Assembly: GCA_964234715.1 (NCBI GenBank)
Contig: OZ174284.1
Reading direction: 5' to 3' (one strand)
Source of the DNA: Podarcis melisellensis
Taxonomy: Eukaryota
Length of the DNA stretch: 64,000 nt
The translations under genes were made by a program, and so were the position numbers. This document shows, piece after piece, positions 53,919 through 64,000 of this stretch (position 1 is its first letter; each line of letters starts with the position of its first letter). Below the pieces are notes generated by a model. It worked only from the letters and a program-made list of their open reading frames with translations. It had not been told where the DNA came from and made no database searches.

Positions 53919-54024
53919 CTGCTATCCACTGGCCATTCTCAAACCTCATACTCTGTCCAGTAAGGGTCATGACAGGAGTGCCATACTCCAGGCCTAGCTC
54001 AATCTCCCGGCTTGATCTATCCAG
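53919..54024 (-). CDS. CBY1: CBY1 coding exon 2
   Basis: ctacag| ... |gtgag. Confidence 0.95.
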
Positions 54025-54586
54025 CTGTAGGAGGAAAATGGACACATTTTGTTTTCATTCTTCTCAACTCAACTATACAAAAGATAAGAGTCATATTCAT
54101 TGTTCTGTCCACTTTGACTCTTATCTTGCCAATAACTGGCATGTTTCCCTCCAAAGGTTCCCCACAGGGGCCCTTGGGTTGAATAATATTCCCCAACCCT
54201 GGTTTTGTCAATCCAAGATTTTATCTGCTAAAACAGTGGTGCGGGGGACAGACACACAGTGTAACAAAGATGCATGGTTTATTGTTTTTACAGACAATTG
54301 GAAGCCTTTAAAATTAATCAACACAAACACTGATGATTCAGACCTTCCACTCAGAAAAAATCAGAGCAAGAATCTGAATCAGAACCCTTTTTCCTTCTAG
54401 GAGTGGATGAGCTATTCTAAGTGTTGGTACTCCTCGCTTGTAAATTAGAGGTATTAATAAGTTGCATGTGTATTTATTCCTGTTGTGCAGCTGCTTAAAA
54501 GTTTTGTTTCAGAATTGATGGGGTTGTATCCAATGCTAGTCCTGCTCAAAACAGACCTTTTGAGGTGAGTGGCAATGACTTACTTA

Positions 54587-54844
54587 CCATATTTTTTGCT
54601 CTATAAGACTCACTTTTCCCCTCCTAAAAAGTAAGGGGAAATGTGTGTGCGTCTTATGGAGCAAATGCAGGCTGCGCAGCTATCCCAGAAGCCAGAACAG
54701 CAAGAGGGATTGCTGCTTTCACTGTGCAGCGATCCCTCTTGCTGTTCTGGCTTCTGAGATTCAGAATTTTTTTTTCTTGTTTTCCTCCTCCAAAAACTAG
54801 GTACGTCTTGTGGTCTGGTGTGTCTTATAGAGCGAAAAATACGG
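54587..54844. mobile_element. Tc1/mariner-type MITE
   Basis: TA|ccatattttttgctctataagac ... gtcttatagagcgaaaaatacgg|TA. Confidence 0.85.
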
Positions 54845-55090
54845 TAATTTCAAATCTACACTGAGCACGACTGTATAAAACCCATGGTCTGTAGTATTTA
54901 TGGATTTCTATGAGCAGCACACTCCAGTTTATGATACATTCCGTGTGCAGCATATGGCTGTGACTGGCTCTGCCTCTCTAGTTTCCAAGGCACTATTTTG
55001 TGATTGATTGTAGCTGGGGGACCCTGGGACTCTATTTTAAAAAAGGGGAGAATTAGGTCCCAGAAACCTGTTTTAGGTTCCAGAACTTAC

Positions 55091-55168
55091 CATGTGCAAA
55101 TTGGAAAGTGAGGCTGATTTCCTGGGTGGGGTTTTCTTTGGACTGAATGTGTTTCCAAAGAGCGGCAT
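55091..55168 (-). CDS. CBY1: CBY1 coding exon 1 (acceptor at 55209)
   Basis: gccATG start, |gtaag donor. Confidence 0.95.
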
Positions 55169-56599
55169 GGCTTCCTCGCTTAAAAGCTTGTTAGAATTGT
55201 TCTGGTTGCCTGAAATAAGAAGGAAGCAAAAGAAACAAAAGACCATTACCTCATGACCTCATCACTGTGCACAACATTAAGAGGCTGTGAGTCAGAGCAG
55301 ATTGGCCTACTTAGTGCCATCAAAATAGTGAGAACAATAACTGTCCTTTTCCAGAAACAAGTTTCTAGTTCGCGTGGATCTGGAGACAGTTAAAACATTT
55401 ACAGCTCCCCCAGCCTAACCTTTTTTAAAGAAAAATGGTTGGTAATTTTTTTAAAAAAGAACATTTCTACTATGGGCTTCATGTTAGGCTACTAAATACA
55501 CTAAGTATTTTGTGTGGAATTGCCACCCTATTCCATATTGTAATTTGTTTTAACTGTTTTTAATAATGAATTTTAAATGGTTGTAACCAGTCCTGGGATC
55601 TAATTATGAAAGGTGGGTAATGAATTATTATAAATAATAATAATACCTTATGCACTCATATTTTTAGGAGGGATTACAGTGTTGTCATCCATATGTAATC
55701 CTCCCTTTATTCCAATCACAAAAAATAAAATAAAAAATGCAAGAGGGAATAGGGGATACTGAATGGTAGCACATTCTCCACAGGTCTGGTGGATCTTAGC
55801 ACTAATATTCTGTCTGTTTAACTTAGTTTCATTGGGCTGAGGGGAAACATCCCATTTAAGAGAACATAAAGTGACAGGATAACAAATGCTATCTGCAAAC
55901 CCAAAATTAGACTAATCCATCACCATCTTTCACATATTTGAAATCGTCAGGTCAGGTCATTCAATCTGCTTTTGTGTATGCATGGTTTGGGAAATATCAA
56001 TTGTAGCAAAAGATTAGATACAGTACTTGAAAAATTAAAAGGGGTATCATATATCCTATCCCTTTTGCTGCTCATTACTGCCCTTAACAACAAGTCTGCA
56101 AAGTGCCATTCCTCAAAATTATCTCAATACTGGAACTAATATTGAAACAATGAAAAATGTTGTCATTGCTTCACCAAAGTCAGGCTTGGAGGTTTAGCTG
56201 CACAATGAGTGTGATCAAGCACAATATCTTAAATTGAATATTGTAAAAGGTGGCTCTTCATTATTTATGCAAATATGTGAGAGACCCATGCCTAGCACTG
56301 CTGGATTCATCTAAAGAGAGTGTGGAAATGAATCACTTACCACGTAGCTTGGAATACAAGTATTTTCCACCCACCTCTTACACACACTCACACAACTTTA
56401 GCAGATGTGCCGCTATGCAAAAAATCAACAGGTGCAGCTCCATCTTTGGGAAAGCTGCACCTGTTGAATATCTGCCTGAACTACAGCTTTAAAAGCTCTC
56501 TCGGGCCGGCAAGTGGCAACCTTAGCGGCACCTTAAGTGCCGAGACCCCTAACTAACCCCAACAAAATCCTGATTCTGGTTATAGTGGGAGCTTAATAC

Positions 56600-57600
56600 T
56601 CTGCATCCCATTGTTCAGAGGGCAGATCGAGACCGCAGCAAATAAAGCAACGGGGGAGGGGGAGGGAGTCGAGAGTCGCTGCCGCCCTAAACCCGCCAAA
56701 TGCCTTCACCCCAGCATCGCGCACCGACAACCGTGGAGCTCCTCACCCAACAGATGCACAACACACCTCCGCACCCTGGTTGTAGCCACCGAGATCAATT
56801 GCGCATGCGCACTCTTTGATGCTTCGCGACTTGCGGTAGCCGAGAAACGCACAGCGGGCGGAACCACCCCAGGAAAGAAATCGAAAATTCCACAGGACAG
56901 AGGAGGGGGCACACGCATTTCATTTTAAATACATAGAGTGGCGGATTTTTTTTAAAAAATGGCTCAAAATAAGTAAAATGCCTGCGTCTGGAGGAAGCTT
57001 GTGAGAATATCAGAAAATGCACCCCTTCTCTTTTCGTATCATGGTTGTATCCCAAACCGCCGGGAAACGCGGAGCAAACGGCAGCCTCGCGGATGGGACC
57101 GTACCATTGTTTATAAAAGGCGGGGGGGAAGAGAAAATAGTTTTGGTCGAGTTCTAAAATTACGTTAACAGTGTTATCCCTCGGGAACAGAGCTCGTGAG
57201 TGAATTGCATCTCACACGCAGATTCGCCAGTCGTAGTCGGCATCTAATGCTACCTTTTAGAGACGCATAAAGGTTCAAGAAATAAATGGTTTGCTCCGAG
57301 TAGTTGCCACGGTGACGGAAGAACGCTCAGGGAGGAGGACATAAAAGGGCCCGTTGTGGGCGTGGTCGGCAGAGAATCAGGGGTGATTGGAGGGGCAAGG
57401 AGCGTTTCTGATATTGGTCCTCTTGGGGTCCGGAAGAAAGAAACAGGGTCCCACAGCTGCGTGGGCAAGGAGGCGCCTCTTCCCGCCCTTTCACTCCGGT
57501 GCGTATGGGCGCCCCTGTGTTACTTTGAAGCTATGTAACACCCGAATAAGTTGGGAACGTCGTTTTTTCACGTCGACCATCAACGTCTTTTTTTCTGATG
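56600..57600. promoter_or_regulatory. Divergent CBY1/FAM227A CpG-island promoter
   Basis: CpG-rich; perfect NRF1 palindrome TGCGCATGCGCA at 56800-56811; RFX X-box-like GTTGCCACGGTGAC at 57303-57316; ETS CCGGAAG at about 57430. Confidence 0.75.
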
Positions 57601-58974
57601 AGCCTCTATAAGCTTCCCAAAGGAAAGGCGGGGAAGATCATCATACATGGACTATTATTGTTCACTTTGTTGCTCTCATTTTGCTGGCATTTTCTTCACA
57701 GTCTTAATCTGGCGACCAGTCTGGGAGATCTGCATCGGCAAAGCTCTGCATGCCTGGTGGACAGTTCTTCCCTTAATTCAGCCTGGGCCATATCAACACC
57801 CATGACTGTGAAAAGTGGTCTTGTGCTTTAAATGCCTGGTGCAGATGTGGTGTAAACTGGTAGTTTTCTTATCGACAGTTTTATGTTGCTACTGATTAAT
57901 TTTGAAATAGTCGGACATTTCCTTGTAGGAAAAGTTCTCCCAAGCCCTTGGTTATTTTGTCTGCCCCTTTCCCAGTTCTACATTGTTCTTTTTGAGATGG
58001 GGCAATCAATTTTATACCATGCAGTAGCTGCAGCATTGGCATATATAGAAGGTCATTAAGGTATTTCAGTTTCATGTTTTAATTTCCTGGTGATCACCAT
58101 CATGGAATTTACAGTTTGTTTTTCTAAGAGTGTGCAGAAGTGATTAAAACATAACAAACCTCTTCCTCTCACCCTATCCTGACCCATTTCACCTTTGGAT
58201 AAACATGCACAGGATCGGGCTGCACATTGATATACAAAGCACTCCAGTACTGGACACGTTTTCTTGGAAATAAAGTTGCCAAATTGTGTAGAGAATACAC
58301 CTGTGCAATGTAATGATACTTTTAGGCTGATTAGAATTTGCACATTTTTACTCAGAAGGAAGTGTATGTAATGTAGCCTCAGAATGCTAAAATACACATT
58401 TTTTTATATTTGAAAAAATTATAATCAAAGGTAATACAAATTTATGTGTCTCTTCACAGTTTGAATGAAAAAGTAACACTAGCAAGAAAACTAATGTGTG
58501 TGACAGAACAAGAAACAAAATTCTGGTAGCTTCATAAAATCGTGATACTTTGCTATTCCTCCGTGCAGTGGAGAACAATGTAGTTGTGATTTTCAGGCTT
58601 GAAATTTCTTCTGGGAATACCTAACTACAGCTAGAATTCCAAATTGCTGCCTCTGAGTTGGCAGCTGTAATTACTACAAATTAAGGAAGACAAATTAGAA
58701 TAATTTTCCCCATGGGACCCTTTCTTACTAAGCTATATTTGGTGGAGAGGAGTGGGGCAGAAGTGTTATATTTATAAAGTAACCCTTTTGGTATCCACAT
58801 GAGGAACCCTAAAATAGCACTCTAGGTTAAATCAGCTCAAGCCAATAATTGGAAAAGTTAATTTAAGTGTGATCATGCTTTGGGAACAAAATAGCAAGCA
58901 AGTTTGTGGGGAAATGTGTGTTTAATATAAATGTGTTGTCTCCACTTTATTTTTTAGGATTTAGTAATTTCAAG

Positions 58975-59095
58975 ATGCAATTTGTAACTATTAAATCATT
59001 TGTGAGCCCTTTAAAGGGATTCTTGATATTGCCATCAGCAACCCAAGACAAAAAAAGAGACGCCGTCACTTGCACATTAGATGACAAACCACGAT
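58975..59095 (+). CDS. FAM227A: FAM227A first coding exon (MQFVTIKSF...LDDKPR; acceptor at 58958)
   Basis: tttttag| acceptor, aagATG start, U12-type donor |GTATCCTTT. Confidence 0.75.
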
Positions 59096-59715
59096 GTATC
59101 CTTTGTTCCTATAGTTAACAATGTATGTGTAAATAAATATATAGCTTGTTTCATATATATCTGTTTTACTTTTGCTTTAAAGTGTTTGGGTAATACTTAT
59201 TTGGTACTTGAACCTCATTTTTTTGAGGTTTGGAGAAATCTTGAGTCATCATTGGGGTTGCCATATTTCAAAGAGTAAAATTCCTGACACCCACAAAGTT
59301 GTGGAACTTTTTTTGGAGAACAAACCTACATTGTTGAGCTTTTTTGGGGAAACCTAAACCAAAAACAGTTATTTTAAGCTTTTTGAGCTGTTTCCATTGC
59401 TTTTTCCATCATGTTGCCATACATCTGGGTTTTCCCTGACATTCAACAAAATTCACCTCCGACGCCATTTTTACACCCTAAAAACCAGGACATGTCAGGA
59501 ATTTTCCTGATGTATGACAAACTTGTTCATCATCCCCAAACCTAGATACTTTGTCATGAAAAAAAAGAAATATAATTGCATTCAGTCTTACATGATAGTT
59601 GTGTGAGTTGAAATAAGGAAATACTATTATTTGTCTTGCATCTAGTGGGGCAGCAAGCAGCATGTGGTCAAAATCAGGCAGTCAGTTGAACACTTGTTGA
59701 CTCAGCATACACATA

Positions 59716-60072
59716 AAAAGGTAAAGGTACCCCTGCCTGTACGGGCCAGTCTTGACAGACTCTAGGGTTGTGCGCTCATCTCACTCTATAGGCTGGGAGC
59801 CAGCGCTGTCCACAGACACTTCCAGGTCATGTGGCCAACGTGACAAGCTGCATCTGGCGAGCCAGCACAGCACACGGAATGCCATTTACCTTCCCACTGG
59901 TAAGCGGTCCCTATTTATCTACTTGCACCCGGGGGTGCTTTCGAACTGCTAGGTTGGCAGGCGCTGGGACCGAACGACGGGAGCGCACCCCGCCGCGGGG
60001 ATTCAAACCGCCGACCATGCGATCAGCAGGTCCTAGGCGCTGAGGTTTTACCCACAGCGCCACCCACGTTCC
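59716..60072 (-). mobile_element. Sauria SINE
   Basis: Near-copy of 35761-36116; flanking catacaca repeat (59706 and 60078) is a probable TSD. Confidence 0.92.
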
Positions 60073-60248
60073 GCCAACATACACAAAACACATTGCTTAA
60101 AAAGTTGGGCTCCACCTTCACACTCTGCCGAGCAGTAGCAACATTCCTTTAGAAGACATCTGAAGGTAGCCCTGTATAGGGAAGTTTATTAATATTTCAT
60201 GTTCTGTTATGTTTTTATATATGCTGGAAGCCCCAAGAGTGGCTGGTT

Positions 60249-60889
60249 TGTGGGGGGGCTAGATTTCCCTAAATTCCGGTGTGCCAGATCCTCCCAATAA
60301 TTCCTGGATGTAGTAAAAGTCAGAATTAATCAAGATTTGATTAAATTTTGCCAAACATAGAAATCTCCTGGATTTAGCTATGCTAAGGAGCCAAGCCAGC
60401 TTTGCAGAGCTAGCTAGATGGGCCATTAGCAGAGGACACAGACCAGTCATGGACCATCAAGGAAACAATCAGAGGTCAAGACTGCCAGGCAAGGAGGAGT
60501 GGGTATTCTTTGTTGAGTGCTAGTGGGCTAGAATTAGGGTTTCAACTTTGAATGATGTAGACTGTGGGGAGGTCCTTTGAGTCAATTAGCAGCAAGAAGG
60601 AGAAGGAGGGGCAGAACTCCATGTGAGTTGGGGATAACAAGCTGGAACTAAGAATCACAGAAGGTGGCTGTCCTTTGAAACTAATGCTGCACTTAAGGGG
60701 GAAGTCAGACCCTCATAGGATGTGAATGCCCTGCAATCGCTCCATCTAGGTCCAGGTTGTATATGTGTAAGAAAACCATATATCATAAAGACACCACAGT
60801 CTCTGTTGTGCCTCAAAAGGCAATACAGACCCTAGTCTGCAACCCCTGGAATTTCATACCATTCAGGGAGATCGGGGTGGTGTATAGCA
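60249..60889 (+). mobile_element. Candidate solo LTR interrupting an L2-like tail
   Basis: TG...CA bounded ~640-bp block that splits the ggaagcccc..gagtggctgg / tataaaataaat L2-type 3' end; TSD imperfect. Confidence 0.45.
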
Positions 60890-61009
60890 GTTTATAAAAT
60901 AAATATAGCATTTAAGTGATGGCATTAGGAGGTTTAACAAAAAGGAGGAGGAAGAATTTTGCATATGCTTTGAAGGTTTTCAAAATGTTCCTTAACAAAT
61001 ATCTGGTAG

Positions 61010-61095
61010 TGTACGTCATTGGCAGCATAGGACAAGTGAACCAGAAAATTTCTCACTTAGAACTGGGTCTGAAAAGATATGACAGTAGTGAAGGA
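61010..61095 (+). CDS. FAM227A: FAM227A coding exon 2 (LYVIGSIGQVNQKISHLELGLKRYDSSEG)
   Basis: U12 acceptor, |gtgagt donor. Confidence 0.85.
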
Positions 61096-61639
61096 GTGAG
61101 TAAAGAAATCTTATCAGCACTTTATACAAGAAATCCCACTGTGTTTTTCTGATGCTATTTCTAAATAATAGATGCTTGGTCAAAGTATATATCTTAGCCT
61201 TTTGGATGACAAACTGAAAATCAGTTGTTGCTGCTGCTGTTGTTTTTTTAAAGCGGAGTTGAAGTCCTAGATCAGCACTAATATAACTGTGTTGAACCAG
61301 AGAATAGGAGACATCAGGTACAATGATGCTATCGCACCAGCTAGGTCTAAATGTTGCAAGTTTTTGAATCCTCATATTTTTCATGCACATATATTTATTG
61401 ACAAGATCTTCTAGTTGTCAAATATTTTATTTTACTCACATTTCTAATCCTAATTTCAAATACATTTCTTAGGTTCCTGAAGAATGTTCAGGTTTTAACT
61501 GAAACTCAGTGTTAAAAGAATTACAAGATAGTGAGGGAATCAATAATGCCTCTCTTATTGAATACAAAGAAGGTAAATTCCAGGACCTTGTAGGAAGTTA
61601 GTGCCTAACCACCATTTTCCATTATTTTTCTCATTGAAG

Positions 61640-61709
61640 GTGATTGGGGAAATGGGGCTCAAGAGACGCAAGACATCCAGAAAAGTATCGAGATCAGTTA
61701 GGGCAAAAG
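61640..61709 (+). CDS. FAM227A: FAM227A coding exon 3 (VIGEMGLKRRKTSRKVSRSVRAK)
   Basis: ttgaag| ... |gtatg; phase-compatible, low sequence similarity. Confidence 0.6.
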
Positions 61710-62677
61710 GTATGCATTAATACTACCAAATATGAAATGGAGGCTCTAACCCCTTAAAAATGATGTTATTGTTAGAACATATTTATTCGAGTAAATTAGT
61801 ATTTTGTCCTGTAGTTCAGACATGCCAAACCATGATTTGTGCTCCACACTGCCATCACCATTTTATTCTCTCTTTGTGTCCCAAAATACTGAACAACTTG
61901 AGACTGTGAGAATAATCTGGTTATAGAGGAAAAAATTATCAGTGAGCGTTAGCCTGAATTTGTAAAGGGTTTTTTCCCCTGATGTCCAGGGACAGACATG
62001 GATAAGATTTAGTAATAACAAAAACAGGTCATGAGATGTCATGAGTCGCAACAATTAGGTTTCCCAGTGCAGAGTTGCAGTAGAATCAGTAGAGCATCTT
62101 AGCCAGTCAAAGTACATTTAAGAAAGTAACTGTGTTCCTGGCATGGACTGAGCTTAGATATATTGGAAAATACAAAAGAAGGTGCTGAATTTAATTAGGG
62201 AAGAGGATGCTTACTGGAGGGAAGCTATTACTTGCAGAGGATAATTTATGGTCAAATCAGGGCTTTGAACTAGGCACTGGGGATTTCATTAAGCAAATAC
62301 AAGCATAATACTGGTCACTGCAGGGAAATTCCCCTTTATGGTAGGCCGCTTGGGGAACTTTGGTGGGAAGCTTTGGGAGCCCCGCTCAATAAATGATAAT
62401 TAATTCAATTTGAGTTTTCTCTGATTACTTATGTTAGTGTTATGCTCTTTGCTCAGAGCAAAACCCTAGCGAATATACTTAGTCTCAAGGCCTGTTTAGA
62501 GTTCCAGTTTAACCAAGCATTGGTTCAGCATGCTGTCCACTATACCACTCTGGCTCCTGGTCATCTGTATGGGCTCACTTCGTTCTGGGGTGGCCACAGT
62601 ACCCACACAAACCACTGACAAATAACAAACCTCCCTTTGCTTGGAATCCATTTGCTACCTACTATAGTCCCATTGGC

Positions 62678-62768
62678 CGGCTCCCTCGACTAATAAAGCG
62701 GGATGAGTGCCGCAACCCCAGAGTCGGTCACAACTGGACCTAATGGTCAGGGGTCCCTTTACCTTTTA
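62678..62768 (+). mobile_element. Sauria SINE 3' fragment
   Basis: gccgcaaccccagagtcggtcacaactggacctaatggtcaggggtccctttaccttt. Confidence 0.75.
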
Positions 62769-62982
62769 TAGTACCATTAAAAACTGGCACAGGCATGTGG
62801 TGGAGTGCAGTGGAAAGGGGAAAATATGCTACTTCATTTTTCTGGTGGAGCAAAAATATTTGCAAACCACAACCCCAAATCCAGTGCTCTTATTTAACCA
62901 ATTCATGCGAAAAGGTTGTCCATTTTGTCCTAAAATGCTCTTCAGATGCTAAGGGTGGCCATTTTTTTTCCTTATGCTGTAG

Positions 62983-63047
62983 AGAGAGACCAGAAGGTGA
63001 CACAGAAGTTTGGGAAGCATGCTACAGAGAAAATAGCTCAGAAAAAG
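62983..63047 (+). CDS. FAM227A: FAM227A coding exon 4 (ERDQKVTQKFGKHATEKIAQKK)
   Basis: ctgtag| ... aag|gtatg; phase 1 to 0. Confidence 0.6.
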
Positions 63048-63533
63048 GTATGATGGCATGTGAGGGATCAGGAGTCATTGATTCCTGTGCATATTAGAAA
63101 GATGCAGAATCCTAGATGTGACACAAGTGCCTAGGAAGGTCTCATGATGAATCAGATAGTTGGTCTTTTTAATCCATTATACACTCCTATAATAATTGTT
63201 TCATTTATATAACACTAGTCGTTAGTATTTGTACAGTACAGTGCTTTTGAATGTTCAAAGGTTTTTTTCCACATCCTTTTACTCGCCACAGTCCTGAAAA
63301 CAAGCTAAGATATTATTAGTACCTAATTCTAGAGGGAGAGCTAAGGTTGAATATGGCACTAGATTTGTTAATAGTTAACCATTGCTGTGTATGAAGGTGA
63401 TTTTTGTCAGGACTCTGGTGAGTCCCAGAAACTGTGGAATGTCAACAGACTGTCCTTAGAGTGCTCACTGGGTTGAATTTTGGGCTGAGTGTCTTCTTGA
63501 TTTCTCATGTATTATTTTTTTTCTAACCCCTAG

Positions 63534-63680
63534 ATGGTAACAGAAAAGGATAAACTTGTGGAATTATATCAATACCCAGGATACTGTAAGGAGAAACCTA
63601 CACCATTGCCAAATGGAATAGAGCTGAGAGAAATTTTGGAGAAGGTGATTCGTGCCCAGGGTAAAACACCAGTTGGTAAG
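63534..63680 (+). CDS. FAM227A: FAM227A coding exon 5 (MVTEKDKLVELYQYPGY...KTPVGK)
   Basis: ccctag| ... aag|gtacg; clear FAM227 similarity. Confidence 0.85.
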
Positions 63681-64000
63681 GTACGCTGCATATCTCAAAC
63701 ATTCAGAAGCTGATAGCAGGCTGGACGAGGGAGGTAGTAGGGGTGAATTGATAATGTAGGGCCATACATACTTTTTTGATGTGTATTTATGTGGCGCAAG
63801 ATAGTATAGCTGGGGCAGTGTCAGCACCAGGTACCTTCAGGCAGTTGCTAGGGCCACAACATCCTGGCAGGGGTCACATCTGATGACTTCCCTCGCCCTC
63901 CCCTTTGTTGGTTTTCCTGGTCTATCACTCTAAACAGCCCCAGGTGGCTCAACCTAGCATCACCCTTGCGGCATTGTAGGCAGTTAAAACAGTGGTTAGC

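Larger units (their letters stand above)
52122..55168 (-). other. CBY1: CBY1 gene (Chibby 1; beta-catenin antagonist and basal-body protein), complete CDS 381 nt = 126 aa
   Basis: join(complement 55091..55168,53919..54024,52738..52853,52122..52202) = MPLFGNTFSPKKTPPRKSASLSNLHMLDRSSREIELGLEYG...FENGQWIA...QQLEEENNLLQLKIDILLDMLSETTAESHL...RKRK*. Confidence 0.97.
59096..61009 (+). other. U12-type (minor spliceosome) GT-AG intron
   Basis: 5' GTATCCTTT; branch site TTCCTTAAC at 60988-60996; first AG 13 nt after the branch motif; no polypyrimidine tract; phase 1 preserves the frame. Confidence 0.88.
58975..63680 (+). other. FAM227A: FAM227A gene, 5' part; coding join(58975..59095,61010..61095,61640..61709,62983..63047,63534..63680); continues beyond the window
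   Basis: Phases chain 1,0,1,0,0 without stops. YVIGSIGQVNQKI and KLVELYQYPGY..KP..LPNG match recalled human FAM227A (CLIGSMHQVNQKI; LLAELYQY...KPNKLPNG). Syntenic head-to-head with CBY1. Confidence 0.85.

Noticed and set aside
61500-61502. In-frame TGA read as selenocysteine, or as evidence that FAM227A is a pseudogene
   Set aside because: The FAM227A frame is intact when this block is skipped, and no SECIS can be assessed in the window.

Overview
Vertebrate genomic DNA, almost certainly from a squamate. The Sauria SINEs, Bov-B, CR1/L2 fragments and lacertid-type SINEs/MITEs point to a lacertid lizard. The window carries the conserved amniote gene block SUN2 (+, last 6 exons) - GTPBP1 (-, complete, 12 coding exons, 669 aa) - JOSD1 (+, complete, 202 aa) - TOMM22 (-, complete, 138 aa) - CBY1 (-, complete, 126 aa) - FAM227A (+, first 5 coding exons). 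Exons were built by hand from splice signals, phase continuity and recalled human protein sequences. Most ORF-track entries are spurious intronic or antisense ORFs. The strongest hidden signal is a textbook minor-spliceosome (U12-type, GT-AG) intron in FAM227A at 59096-61009. Other notable items: a CBY1/FAM227A divergent promoter with NRF1 and RFX X-box motifs; a candidate solo LTR antisense in TOMM22 intron 1; a uORF-loaded JOSD1 leader that an alternative acceptor could bypass; a long hairpin between the convergent SUN2/GTPBP1 3' ends; and nested DNA-transposon insertions with intact target-site duplications (TSDs). No prokaryotic systems, CRISPR arrays, or intact rRNA/tRNA genes are supported.
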